A stretch of 63,266 bases of DNA, filler included, from Choristocarpus tenellus KU-1152 (lineage: Eukaryota; Protista; Phaeophyceae): NCBI GenBank assembly GCA_964200185.2. It is 12 parts of 12 records of this genome, joined end to end, with 100 filler letters (N's around TTAATTAATTAA, not from the genome) between each part and the next. Parts side by side here need not be neighbours in the genome. Positions count along the whole stretch, not along the records: positions 1 to 4,628 come from CAXNAD020013730.1; positions 4,729 to 9,151 come from CAXNAD020014614.1; positions 9,252 to 13,053 come from CAXNAD020017840.1; 9 more parts are not named here. One strand, 5' to 3'. Positions 1 to 12,500 of the stretch are shown piece after piece (position 1 is the first letter of the stretch; each line of letters begins with the position of its first letter). The position numbers were made by a program, and so were the translations under genes. The notes beneath the pieces were generated by a model. That model was not told where the DNA came from, did no database searches, and saw only the letters and a program-made list of their open reading frames with translations.

Positions 1-1011
1 TCCCCCTCCCCCACCCTCTGTATGTTCTTGAGCTCCTCTTAACATAACAGGCTGTTGGAGATCACCTCTATCCAATGTCCGTGTTACACCTGTATTCTCA
101 AGTCCACCTTCCCGCCCCTAGTCAGGGATCGATGCATTGCTCAAACACTGTTTATGCACCCTCCTCATTATTGCCTTGCGTAATCTGGTAAGTACTAGTC
201 TGGATGGGTTCTGCAAGGACAAAAACATATAACGTGCATGTATTAACCTACATCAGTCATAGCTGCCTGTGAGTTGACTCGGGTGTGAGACCTTCATAGC
301 TACATTATGTACGTAGGACCAGCAAAGTGCGCATTGTTCTGAGGTGGTTCAGGGCTTATCTAAACAAACTGCGTCTCCCTAGACACTTACATGTCAATAA
401 ATACAAGTATATATATATATATTTTTTTTTTCAATGAGGGAAATGTCGCATATTATTTCTTTATGTTCCTTTCAATTGAACGCGTCTATTTCCACGCCTT
501 GTGCAACTCGATCTGTGGAGACGTTCATGCCGTACCATCGTATCTGATTCACCCCACTACTGTGACCTGAACTCCCCCCCGGCCTTTTTATTGGCTTAAA
601 TGATTATCCCACTGTTGGGCACTATACTTTCGTTTATCACTTTCCCTCACTGTGACGACTAATTGCTAATTGTAGAAAGGATGCCCACGCATCCTCCTTA
701 AACGGTCATACATTATAGTCCCTGTCCCTACTTAAAAAAAATGTAAGGCCCTACAATGCAACCTCCCATCGTAAGTAATAGCCCTTTAATCACAAGTTTG
801 TCCCACTTTTGTACGCAGGATGGTGCAGGAGCTACGGTTAGTTGTTCCCCTCACCCCCTTTTTATCTTAGTGTGCCCTTCTTTATCTGCATATTTTTTGT
901 TATTGATGCTCTCGCCCGGTCTACTTTTCTTTAAACTATCGCATCTCGTTTTTTTTTTATTGCCAGAGCATACATCTACTGCCAATCCCCAGTTCTTACT
1001 TTCGTGGCATT

Positions 1012-1165
1012 CACTCCACCTAAAATACTCCCCTCCTGCATGCCCTCATCCAGTACTCTGACAATATCTATACGAAGTTTCGTAGCAGTCACTCCACCTA
1101 GAATCCCCACCTATTACGTGCACTCATTCGGTACTCTGATAATATCTATACAGGTTTTGATAACT
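1012..1165. repeat. Degenerate tandem duplication, 78-bp period x2
   Basis: cactccacct...gtactctga..atatctatac at 1012 and again at 1090. Confidence 0.75.
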
Positions 1166-2444
1166 CCCAGCTGGTAGCTATGATGCATAAAATCTATGGC
1201 TACTTATATTGACATAACCACTGAGTCACGGGGTGCCTATCCTTGGTAAACGTCCCATCACTAGCCTCGTACCTTCCACGTGCGACCATTGAATGAGGTT
1301 GTCCCCTCTACATCATCATACAGTGAGTCCACATTGCTCGATTTCTTTTCGCCCTATGGGTTGGGGTGAACGATATAAACAGCAGAAAACAAAACCACGC
1401 ACTCTATCACCGATCAATATATACCTAGTATCTGTCCCAGCTCTACAATTCAAGCGATATCTAAACTGCACTTACTCTCTATGATTGGTGCAGGTACACT
1501 ACTCCTACCCTGACCCACTAAAGTTTTCGTTTTTATCTTGAACTCCATGGGATAACCATCTTTGTGGCATAAACGGCGAACTCTACTACTCGTCCCCATC
1601 TACCCCTTAGGCTGTAACTCTGGCAGGACCCTCAAACCTTTTCCTTTCTGCTGTGTGTAGTAGCCTAAAAATTACTGGCTTTTATAACCTACCGAACTAG
1701 CATGTAATCCCATCCCTGCCAGGGCCACTAATGTAGGACTCAGCTCAATAATCATTTACACGTCTGAACTTGTTCCATTCCACCATAACATCGTGTTCAG
1801 TGTTTCGTTATTTCTTCTATGGATTTCCCCAGGTACCCCTTGCATTGTGTCTGAATCTACCCACTTCACCACACATGTTCCATTCCTACCCTATACCCAT
1901 CCACAATGTTTTTCATCGTCACAGTCACCAATTTCCTTACCTTGTGGATCTTTTCTTACCTTTTCAGTATCCGGTTCTCAAGCATCCTCGCCTTTTCCAT
2001 CGGGCCTTTCTCTCTTCCAGCTGTCGGAAAGATTGCTCGGGTTCTGTCTTGATCTATTTCGTCTAAACCTTGCTCGGAGGATGTCCTGTTCTCACCCTCT
2101 TCGTCTTGTAACCTTAGCCCTCAGCAATCTTTTCAATACTGACCCTTCCATTCTCCCCTCTCCTTTCATCGACCACTCATTTCTTCAACTTCTCTCCTCT
2201 CTCTACTCTCTATTCGTTCCTTTCCTGCTTACTTCTTATTCTTCTCTCTGCCCCTTCCCTTGTCCTGTGCCCCCCCAACCAACCAGAATTCTTCCGCCCA
2301 CAAAACTCAGAATACTTCATAAACTTTCCAATTTGAGTTACATCGAACATTGGTTCAACTTTGTTGAGTTGATTCTTTACTTTTTGTTTTTCCCTACATC
2401 CTCCTCAACTACAGAATACTCCATCTGATAACACACAAACATCA

Positions 2445-2712
2445 CTCTGCGTCAAGTGCACCTGATGTCCACCTTTTTGCCATATATTCTCCAAGGTAAC
2501 AAGCCTCTTCTCAGAGCATACATTTCTTCCTTCGAGTGTACCAAGGAAGAACATCGAATACGCATCATCCATCTTCTGACTGAGCAAGCCATGACTTTAG
2601 TTTTCAACAGAATAAATTTAACCTGTGCTCTGCAGCACAATGACACCGCTTCGTATCACAAACTACCCAATGCACACGAAAGCACGTGTCTTTCAATTCA
2701 GGTTTTCAACAA
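2445..2712. repeat. Dispersed repeat homologous to 58755-59108, the region just 3' of the copia RNase H remnant
   Basis: Colinear shared blocks: cactctgcg..aagtgcacctga, ccaaggtaacaagcctct, caacagaataaat, tgcagcacaat, attcaggttt(t)caacaaa. Confidence 0.7.
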
Positions 2713-4509
2713 AGGAAACGGTTGAGTGGAACCCCAGGGACCATCCCTGTATGGAGGGATGTTCAGTGCTGGTGATGAGGTGGTCTTTATCATTGAAGAC
2801 TTCGAGGTGTTGACCGCCAGCTTCGTCGACGGGGTGCCCATAATTCGCATATCACAGGCAGATAGGGTGACCTATGTTATTTTTGTTCTGAACAGAAATT
2901 ACTATGGAATAATATTATATTCTCTTACACAACCATGTGTATTTATGTACAACGACATTTTCGTCGATATTGAAAGAATAAAAAAAACACACTAAAAGTG
3001 AGTATAATTGTGTTGTTTGTATGCGTTGCATTTTCTTTTACTACCACACTCAAGAACTTTCAAACTATTTCTATAAACCATGTTCGAACTACAATTGTCT
3101 TCTGTATGTTTCTTCCCTTCAAAACACTATATTATATGTTTCGGTTCTTGTCAAGGGTTGTAAACAACATGTCAAACATCTTGTGTAAACATCCCTAACA
3201 GTCGCCCCCATCAACCCAACCCTAACAACAAACATCGTCGTGGCACTGTAGCACGCACAACCTGGTCCCCACATCGTCCCCCCTACGCTATCCTAATCCC
3301 TGTCTTCACAGCCCTTCACCACAACAACCTGGACGACACGTTCACCATCCTACCTGGTCAATACCAGAGGTTCACTACGGAGTCCAACCAGCAATCCCTC
3401 TGTGGGACACCTGCTCGCTTCTCAAGGCAACTCAGGCTTGGAGATACATCCGATGCAAAGTTCGGCTAAGGAACCGACTTCATCCTATGCTCGAGTGGGT
3501 GCTATCGTACGGGGGGAGGTGCGGAATGTTGACATAGACGATTTAGGGGCATATATCCACTCTGTGTGTTACTGTTACAACACGCTCCAGAACTCACCTC
3601 CATAGGATGTGTAACTAATCCAACGACCTCAAAACGACGCTATGGGGGGTATTTCCACAGTTGAGATAGCCATGTATGGGTGTCAGCTACTCTTCTCTCG
3701 ACGATTCGCTCAGTGCTTAGCTCAAAGCTTGACTTAAAGTTTCAGTCAAGATACAAAGAGTGGAGCAAGAGGTACTTTGGTGACAATCAAAATATTATTT
3801 ATTTTCGTCACTCACCCAGTTTCTACGGACTACGAGTAAAAAGACATCTGCAAACTGCTGTATACATATTCCGATCATAAACCTTTATTCTGCAACTTCT
3901 AGGAATTGATGTTTCTTCTGTAAGGTTACGAATGCATTTCGAATCTTACTCTGCATCTTTTCTAATAAATCAGCATTTATTCTGTAAGGCCACCTATGTG
4001 CTACTAATCTCGCTACTGCTCGCGCTTGTTAGAACACAAGAAGAACTGCTGGCGCTATTCGCCTGTAACATTACCTACTGCGAGAACTCTTTGCCCCCTG
4101 GGCTGAGGTCGTACATGATGACAGAAGACGAAATTGAGGAGGGGGTCGAACAACTACGGGAGAAGAAGAAGACGGACCGCAATGACGTTGCGACCCAGCG
4201 TGCCATCCAATGCCACCTGCAGATGATTCACCAGGTGAAACATAGAGAGGAGGAGGAGGATACCGAGGGATATGTCGAATAACCTAGTGTTATCCTTACG
4301 TTGTCTGTGCTGATACAAGTAGTAGGTTTCATGTACGTTTATCTTTGGTTCGGTACAATACAAAACAGTAACGTGCATAGCAGTATGGTTGACCAATGGA
4401 CCAATACGAGTGGTATGGTGGGCCAATACTAGTGATATTTTGTGCAAATTACCTTGAAAGGCAATGCTATTTGTTAGTAGTGAAGACAAGAAGGTGTGAA
4501 GCCTCGCAC

Positions 4510-4553
4510 GACCCCAAATGGACAGCCACCATCACCCCCAGATACTTTAAGCC
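4510..4553 (-). mobile_element. MITE family B, solo end fragment
   Basis: ccccaaatggacagcc...ccccagatactttaagcc is the reverse complement of the family B left end. Confidence 0.7.
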
Positions 4554-4628
4554 ACTGTGTGCAGAATGCCAAGTACCACATGCTGAAGAAGACAGAAGCA
4601 CATTGGTTGCTAAGTGCCCAGAGACAAG

Positions 4629-4728
4629 NNNNNNNNNNNNNNNNNNNNNNNNNNNNNNNNNNNNNNNNNNNNTTAATTAATTAANNNNNNNNNNNNNNNN
4701 NNNNNNNNNNNNNNNNNNNNNNNNNNNN
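4629..4728. other. Artificial contig-joining linker (44N-TTAATTAATTAA-44N). Identical copies at 9152-9251, 13054-13153, 23994-24093, 36984-37083, 39831-39930, 42643-42742, 46145-46244, 52962-53061, 57771-57870, 60454-60553
   Basis: Eleven identical 100-bp blocks; the palindromic core puts a stop codon in all six frames. Confidence 0.98.
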
Positions 4729-5063
4729 CCCAGATACTTTTACCCGGTAGCATTGACAAAAATATGACAAAAAACACTGGCGAGATCAGTTTGATGGTCG
4801 CAACCAACTATAGCTATGCTACAACTCCAATATACTACACGAATGAACTATTTTTTGTATGTATAATACAATCGTCCTACACATGATCGAATCGACTTGC
4901 ATAGATAGAGGCAAGAGTTTGTAAAAGTGAGATTAAGCGCTCGTTCTGGTGCTAAACACCGCTTACCTTGCGATTACTGTTGCCAATTCTGCCATTTATA
5001 ATCGTAGCACTAACAGGTAGCCAGGATTATTGCTTCGATCGTACATGACTCGGAAATATGCAA

Positions 5064-5329
5064 GGAGGCAATACAGGTGATGATAGGCAGAGTGAGACCT
5101 TTGTGAATTTAACGACAGTTCCATACCCCACATGGAATGGACCGTTTTTTGGTTGCTCTATGTGCACAATATAGAGTACGCAAAATATAAATTCTCCCTT
5201 CCACACACAAAAAATCACATCACAATTCAGGGGTGGTTCCTTACACGTTTGAACAAAATGATGTCTTTGTTGCCCCTCTCGAGATCCTCTAAATGGTAAA
5301 CCTTTCCTATCTTCCAAGCATTAGACTTC
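5064..5329 (+). mobile_element. MITE family C, degenerate copy
   Basis: Colinear with 12112-12371 (ttgctctatgtgcac, cacaattcagg, ctcgagatcctctaaatg). Confidence 0.55.
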
Positions 5330-5694
5330 ATATGCCAACCCAATTTAGCGCAATGTCGAAGATGTGCTACACTCGCTAAAATATACGTTGTTGACTGCGA
5401 CGATGTGTGCAAGAGTCATCTCGACCAGAAATAGAAATATACAATTATATTTGTTCTGTTTATGGGTAGAATATACCTGAACCAGATATTGAACCGACTT
5501 CGAGCGCCCAACCAAGACTTAGTTGATGGCACCGCGGGCCATAATCCTGGAGCGGGTCATATCATCGCATTCGAGTGCTCAAACCGGCTTCAACTTAGAG
5601 GGTTGTCACCAGGTGTGGTGATGTCTGGCGAAAGAGACTTTGGTTCGGTATGGTATTGCCTTGTAAGTGGAAATGAGGAATATCAATTTTTGCT

Positions 5695-5774
5695 TACAAT
5701 ATTGCACTGGTTAAGAAAGACGATTTAGGATGAAAAAGGGCCCAAACCTGCCTACCTCTCAATTGATTTGGCTC
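5695..5774 (-). mobile_element. MITE family C, left-end fragment
   Basis: Reverse complement gagccaaatcaattgagaggtaggcaggtttg matches 12112 onward. Confidence 0.7.
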
Positions 5775-6879
5775 AAATACCTCAAGTGGAACTGTACTGA
5801 GCCGAACGGTTTGAAGGAATCTGATCAGGGGTTAAGTTTAGTGATGGATCGTTGCCCTGGACTATTGCCTTGCCTCTCTGCGAGCAAGAGGACACACATC
5901 CTGTTTGTAAGAAAAGGGATTATCCACTCCACTTTGAGGCACCTACCCACTGTCTATTCGTTTTTTAGTGTGAAAAGGAACTACCTTCTCACCCTTCATA
6001 TGCCTTCTATTTGTAGCCCGAATACCTGAAGATCTGAAGTGATGAGGTCCAGCTGCCTTCCAGTTCCAAAATTTACGCATTCGAGAGCTAGAAATTATGT
6101 TCTCGCCCGCGAGGAACTCATTCCCCTCCCACTGGGTGATATCAAAACAAAGCAAAACTTGGTAACACATTGAGGGGGTCGAGGGATCTCGACAATGTCC
6201 TACTCAAGATCAAAATGATTCAAACCTATAAATGGCCATCCTGAGCATTCACATCAATTCCTGTTTTTCAAGATACGGTGAAAGCAAGCGTGGAGTTGAA
6301 AAACGAGGTGCATGGGGAATCTGACACTCGTGCTTAGGATGAAGGGCTAACGCCCAGACCACTCCTCATAGGTGTCAACCTATCAAAATATGCACTTGGG
6401 TTTGGGTTATCAAAGTGTGTGCACGATGGAAGGATGAAAATGTTGGCACCCTCGTGGAAACGTCACAGATGTATTCGCCAGGAAGTAGGATTCAAGCCCT
6501 CATCTCTACTTCTTCTAGTGCAATCTGATGCTCTATATCAGGCCTGCAACCCACGCTGTGAGTAGTTGATGTAGTCACACAGGGATGTCGAGTTGAGGGT
6601 TCAGCGAAAAAGGGTTTTTAATGTTCTCAAATGGAAGCACTTGGTTGAGCTAAGTGTGTATTTGTGTAGACTGTGATTGATGCCCGGCTATATAGCAAGG
6701 GTGGTGGAGAAGATTGTAAGAATTTTGAAATCGGTACACCTTGGTGGTGAGAGATTTGAAGACCTCGGCATCAGTACAGCATTGTCGCACAATGAGAATA
6801 CAGACTGTCGAAATATGTGTACTTGCAATCCTCTCTGCACACCGAGGATTTTCTTTTGCATTCCTCCTATAATTTTAAA

Positions 6880-6952
6880 AAATGGTGTCGTTTTGCCCTT
6901 TCTCGGGATTCTCAAAATACAACCCTGCCTACCTCTAATTTGGGTTTAGCTC
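6880..6952 (+). mobile_element. MITE family C, right-end fragment
   Basis: aatggtg...tttctcgggattctcaaaat...cctgcctacctctaatttgggtttagctc matches 12301-12371. Confidence 0.6.
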
Positions 6953-7773
6953 ATCTGTTGTGTAGGCCAAGATTGAGTAAAGTGTGTACGACGAAGAACC
7001 ATGTCTCCAAACCAATTGAAATAACACCTTATGTTTGTTTTGTAGGAGGTTTCTAATTATTACTACGTTCCAGTATTTGTGTAGGTCTCCAGTTGGTTGT
7101 GAGAACTGCTGTACAAGGTTGGAGGGTGGATGAAGCATGATGCAATGGTATACGTAGGGGTTAGGTTTTGAAAATGGAAAGTAGTATCATAATAGTGTAT
7201 GAAGACATCTTTTGCATGGTTTCCATACAATTTTCGGGTTCACCATGCACCACTAGAAGAAAATTATGACCACTGCGTTGGGCAGTGAGGAAATACCCTC
7301 CACGTCACATTATGTTTTTTGGTATTTTCTAGGAAAAGTATGTTTCAATGCCAAAGGGTTTCAAAACCATTAGAAATAGTAGTATTATTTAGCTCATGTA
7401 GTCCATGCAAGACAGTAGGATATCGATCAAGAGTCGAAAATGTTGATATGAAATTGAATACACTGTCATTATGTGTCTTCTCCATATATGCATATAAATG
7501 CAGACGTGGAAGGAAGCTAATTTGTTTGGAAGTGAGGGAAAACCTTTGCAGCACACCAGTGGTACGACTCACGTATTGGGAGAGGGCTTGTCTATCTGAT
7601 CCAGTCTTCCACCGCCGCATCCCTGTTCAGGATTATGTTAATGGTGAACTCCCGCAAATAGTCTTGTGGATGTAAGGTGGATAGTCTACCACTCTGGGTG
7701 TGTGTGGGAGGAGGTTGTTTGCAGGTCCTACGAATACACTGTTGTCAGTGAGACTTGTCCACCTTTCCGTTCT

Positions 7774-8032
7774 GAGTGAAAGTATCTTAGAGGGTAGGAG
7801 TTTTGCCCTGTTTATCCATTTGGGGCTTGACTTCCCACGGGTATTTTATGACATTTCACCTACCCCGAAACGTTTCAGAGTAGGTAAAATATATACCTTT
7901 CGAAAAGGTGTGTCTGGAACAAATATATTGACACTTTCTAACAAACACGATAGCCAAAATTTTATCAAAATGGCAACATTAAATTTTGGCTTCCAAATGG
8001 ACGCGGCTCTACCCTCTAAGATACTTTGACTC
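7774..8032 (+). mobile_element. MITE family A, full copy (~260 bp)
   Basis: TIRs GAGTGAAAGTATCTTAGAGGGTAG ... CTACCCTCTAAGATACTTTGACTC; flanking direct repeat tct/tct; seven related copies in the window. Confidence 0.9.
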
Positions 8033-9251
8033 TCTCATTCTGGGATAGATTTATATCTCCACCGCACTGCTGCCTCCTTTAATGAACGTAAAGAACCCAG
8101 ACAGTATATCTCCTCCGCACACATCCCCCTCCAGTAAACAGGTCCTTCGAAATTGACCAGTTCTTCTATATGGAACGTAACCTAAACGCAGCTTCCTGAA
8201 TGCATCAGAAGATCATTTTCCCCGCTCCTCTCTCGAGTAATAACATTCTTGTCCTTTACAGGTATGGACAACCTGCAACAAAGAGTGACATCGAAGGTAG
8301 TCCGGTTCCAAGTGAGGATGGTAGGGGTGTGTGTCAAGCTTGAGGGGGTCAGATGCCTTTTAGTTCAAAGACATGATAGGGAGAGGAAGATTGCCTCGAG
8401 GTGTTCATGGATGAATATGGCATGTTGTTGTGATTGAGTGTGGAATACCGTCATGGTGGAATTTTGGGAATGCGGTCAAGAGGATAGAATATATTGTTGT
8501 CATCTCCTTGTGCTCAACACCGCCTCCACAGGCCCTGTCTATCTGGGTGGGGAGGAAGGTCGAGGCAGGTCAGGTGAGCAGCAGACTAAAGTGGCCCGCT
8601 GGACTGAGGCTGAGCCCTGCATGGTGCCTGAAGAAGTGGCCAGGATCGGCACCTTCAATTTTTCTCTGCCCCTTGTCGCCAGTGCTGGCAGGCCAACTCC
8701 AGCATTTTGTATTGGATAGGACTCATGTGAGTTGGGGGGTAAATGATTATATCGTACTCGAAAGCACTACCATTGCACACAGGTGTTGGTTAACCAGCCT
8801 ACTACTGCTTGTTCTTGCATCGAAAGCAATAGTTTAAGTTTGGCTGAAGTTTAATACTTGAGCATGAGTAGCAATTAGGCATTGCTTCCGATCGGATGCC
8901 ATACCATTTTTTTTTCAATATATATATATATATATATATATCTGTGTACTCAATGAATGGAAATTCTTGACCTGAATTCCTCGATACATTCATAGGAAGA
9001 GATTCATGCTCTGTGTAGAGGCCTATTACCTTATGAAGAAGGGTTTTGTGGGTGTTTTGAGTCTGAATATCACACTGGTTGGTCATTGGAGGCGGGTGAT
9101 GGCTGGAAATCAATGGCGAAAGGAGTTCACATTGGTTGGTCATCGCATGGGNNNNNNNNNNNNNNNNNNNNNNNNNNNNNNNNNNNNNNNNNNNNTTAAT
9201 TAATTAANNNNNNNNNNNNNNNNNNNNNNNNNNNNNNNNNNNNNNNNNNNN

Positions 9252-9461
9252 TGGAGCTCTGCTTCCCATGGTATTTTTCATGACATTTTCCTACTCCCAA
9301 ATATTTCGGAGTAGGTAAAATGTGTATGTTATGAAAGGTGTGTCCGGAACAAGGATGTTGACACTTCCTAACAAACAAGATAGTCAAAATTATATCGAAA
9401 TGGCAAACTGGATTATGGCCCCCAAATGGACGCGGCTCTACCCTCTAAGATACTTTCGCTC
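9252..9461 (+). mobile_element. MITE family A, 5'-truncated by contig start
   Basis: Internal sequence and right TIR ctaccctctaagatactttcgctc match family A. Confidence 0.85.
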
Positions 9462-9941
9462 ATAGACCACGCCACGCCACATTTGAGGAGTATGAGATGA
9501 TATGATTCAAAAAGTGCCAATTCCAAACAATGGAATTCAAGCCTTTAACTCTTTCACATACATTCGAGACAATAGCTCTACCTGTGCTACTTGTGCAGTT
9601 GCATTCTCTTGTATCCCCTCAATCTCAAGCTCATCGTTGTTATGGATACTAATGTTGCAACACACTACCGAGTACAACACCTCCAGTGCAGGGTGGTATA
9701 GAATCGGACCATTTTCTTGTTTCTCCACCAACTAAATGCCGATTTGTTGCTGATTTTGGCAGCCTACAAAAGAATCGCATGTCCGTGGAACGGCTTATGA
9801 TGCCATGCTCCTTACCGGTAGCATTACACGCAATCCGTCATACCTTGTCAACTCCTTCTTGGGTAGTCATAGCAAACCTCCGATCGAACCCTCAAACCCG
9901 ATACATTGTTTAAACCACTGCACTGGTGGGATAGATAGATG

Positions 9942-10117
9942 GGCTTAACGTATATAGGGGGGGTGGCAGCTGTCCATTTGGGACCCTTTTTTTCATGTCG
10001 CGATTTTTGGGTGATTTGGTTCGATATGTTGGATGGATAATGAAAGTGCACTTTTCCAGGTTTTGGTCCAAATGGACACTCTGGTGTAGACCCCCCCCCT
10101 CCCAGATACTTTGGGTC
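9942..10117 (+). mobile_element. MITE family B, full copy (~175 bp)
   Basis: Degenerate left TIR ggcttaacgtatatagggg, GTCCATTTGG box, right TIR cccagatactttgggtc; flanks atg/atg. Confidence 0.8.
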
Positions 10118-10390
10118 ATGGCGTGGGGCAGCTCAACCCTAGTTGGAGGCTCAACTCATGTATGTGCTATGGTTGATATCAAATAGAAGCCCGATACAAG
10201 CGATTGTGTGGGCTGGAGGTAAGACTTACTTACGAGGCAGAAGGCAGAAGGCAAGATACCTCCTCACTTGGTTGTGGTCATCCACAAAGATACTATGATA
10301 TCATTCACAATAATTGAATCTCACCGGTGCCTTCCCTTTTTGCTGCCCCTCCACGTTTTTTTCAGACCCCTAACACTAGTACGTGCCCTA

Positions 10391-10658
10391 TGTCTGGGGA
10401 CAATACAGAATTTAAATGGAGATACTGCTTGCGAGCGGTTGTCAATCAGACCAACACTAACATCGGTAGTAAGGTCTATCGCCATTACTATACAGATGTA
10501 TGCCAAGCATCAGGGGGTCCTTACTGCTACCCTGATGTTTGGCATACATCTGAATAGTAATGGCGATAGACCTTACCACCGATGTTAGTGTTGGTCTGAT
10601 TGACAACCACTCGCAAGCAAGCAGTATCTCCATTTAAATTCTGTATTGTCTCCAGACA
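10391..10658. repeat. Long inverted repeat (125/129-nt arms, 14-nt loop); candidate foldback RNA
   Basis: 10391-10515 equals the reverse complement of 10530-10658 apart from 5 substitutions and one 4-nt insertion. Confidence 0.95.
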
Positions 10659-12111
10659 CTACCATCAGTGGTAAGGCCTATCAGCATTACCATATAGATG
10701 TATGCCAAGCATGAGGGGGGGCAAAGCCTGTGTGGAAGCGCTTCGACAACGACCTGAAATTCTCACTCAAGGCACAGCTAATGTCTTGAGCGAAGCAAGC
10801 AGCAAAGGCCACCTGTTCTTTATTCCCTTGTGAAGGTTCCACACAATGCGAACTAACTGGGTGGGCAACTAAGGCCCAAGGTGGAGGTAAGCATGCTACT
10901 GATTTCCTTTCCTTCAATCGTCACCATCAGCGCTTGCAATTCATCTCCTACCATGAATGTGCAAATCTGTTGACTTGTGACAGTGTATTGACTATGAAAC
11001 TGTTGCAACGTGCTCTGGTGTGATGCAGAGGGCTTTTTGTCACTGCTGCTTTTGTTGCTGTTGTCGTTTGTGTGCATATGTGTGCACATGCTTGTGCAAT
11101 GGTCGATGTGATCTGTTGAGTGTGTGTGTGTGTGTGAACGAATTTGTATGTTGTACGTTGACTGTATTGTCCCTGTATGTGGTAGTGATTCCGTACCGCT
11201 GTTGAGGTTGGGTACGGTTCAAGCTAGATTTGTACCACCTTTGGACAGATACTTTTGAAGAGTTTGGTCGTGCCATTTCATAACCTTGAACGGGTCTAGT
11301 GGGTGTTCCAATAGGTTATTGAAGAATAGGTCAATTTCATTACATACGTACAGTGGGGTGAACATTAAAGTTTTTCTGTCTTGTTTGTGGTTGATTTCTA
11401 TTTCAAGGGAAGAATCAATACGATCTACCACTACAGTGTTCATTCCATTCAGCAGGTAGTAGGTGTCTCCTTCACCTCGTTCTATCAATAATAGGAGAGA
11501 GCGCAGCATCCCACATGCTCACCAAACCTATTATACAATAGGAATATTTTGGGACTGCCAATGCAACCAGGCAGAGGGAGTATCTGAAGCGATACTTACA
11601 ATATCATCCTGTGTGCTGTATGTATGTATTATGTTTGTGTGTGTGGTGTTGTATGGAATGGCAATGCATGCATTTGCTCAACCCCTAGTCTCTCTCGCCA
11701 TATCTATATAATTGTAACAACAGACAGGAAGGATCGTTACTACCAAAGCCCTGTATATTATTACAATTTATATAATATGGCTGACTACTTTGAGGACACT
11801 TATATTCGGTAGTCAAGCAACAATACAAATTACTACATGCATAATGTTTCCTTGGCCCATCCCATTGTCTAGTTTCGTTTGTTGCTTGCTCGTTACTACA
11901 CAGGATAGTGCAGTGGGAGGGCAATTTGTTGGTGTTTTGTACTGGGGAAAACTACAACTAACTCCCACCGTGTCTCACTCTTTCACTACATACTGCTGTT
12001 ATAATAGTAAGTTGTACATACAACAGCAACTCAAGGATAACGGTGTATGGCAATAACAACAACAAATAATGAAAAGTAAAATAATGGAAATAAAATGATA
12101 AGAATGATAAT

Positions 12112-12371
12112 GAGCCAAACCAATTGAGAGGTAGGCAGGTTTGAAACCTTTTGCATTCCCATCCATCTTTCCTACCCTGTGCAATACACTCTGTTTCATT
12201 GCTTTATGTGCACCATAGTGTACGCTATATGGATATTCCTCTTTTACACATACAGAGTGACACCACAATTCAGGAAAGGCTCTTTCTGCGATTGTACTAC
12301 AATGGCGTATTTTTGGTCTTTCTCGATATCCTTAAAATGAAACCTTACCTGCCTCTCAATTGGTTTCACTA
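12112..12371 (+). mobile_element. MITE family C, full copy (~260 bp)
   Basis: TIRs GAGCCAAACCAATTGAGAGGTAGGCAGG ... CCTTACCTGCCTCTCAATTGGTTTCACTA; three further related fragments in contig 2; no clear TSD. Confidence 0.75.
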
Positions 12372-12450
12372 CATTAATGATAGCAATAATAAAAGTAGTA
12401 ATTGTAACAATAGTAATAACATTATTAGTAAAAATAATAGTACTAATGGT

Positions 12451-12465
12451 AACAAACTTGAATAA

Positions 12466-12500
<35 letters not shown>

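Larger units (their letters stand above)
5780..8720 (-). pseudogene. Decayed LINE (APE endonuclease + reverse transcriptase) interrupted by MITEs
   Basis: Minus-strand motif remnants in canonical order: DRACGGGV (~8520), RVVDY (~7690), GSDR in place of SDH (~7595), SQRG for QxGF (~6560), GHCRDPSTP for QGDPLSP (~6185), LAGENI for LAYADDI (~6105), PFSY for FxYLG (~5915). Many stops and frameshifts. Confidence 0.55.

Noticed and set aside
960-2000. Possible LINE remnant on the minus strand (MEHVW, WDYMLVR, VYQG)
   Set aside because: Motifs are weak and spaced too closely; cannot be supported without a profile search.
3932-4282. 116-aa ORF with a charged C-terminal half
   Set aside because: No recognisable domain or consistent splice partners; may be retroelement-derived, left uncalled.
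4629-4728. Regularly recurring TTAATTAATTAA palindrome as a biological repeat or CRISPR-like array
   Set aside because: Always centred in exactly 44+44 N; a synthetic six-frame-stop spacer. Gene neighbourhoods across linkers are meaningless.
7700-8029. Recurrent similar small ORFs (SESILEG..FALF..MDAALPSKIL) suggesting a peptide family
   Set aside because: They are translations of MITE family A copies; frames and stops are not conserved between copies.
11219-11509. Coding-looking minus-strand ORFs in contig 3 (also 9537-9731)
   Set aside because: No identifiable motif or exon chain; probably decayed transposon sequence.
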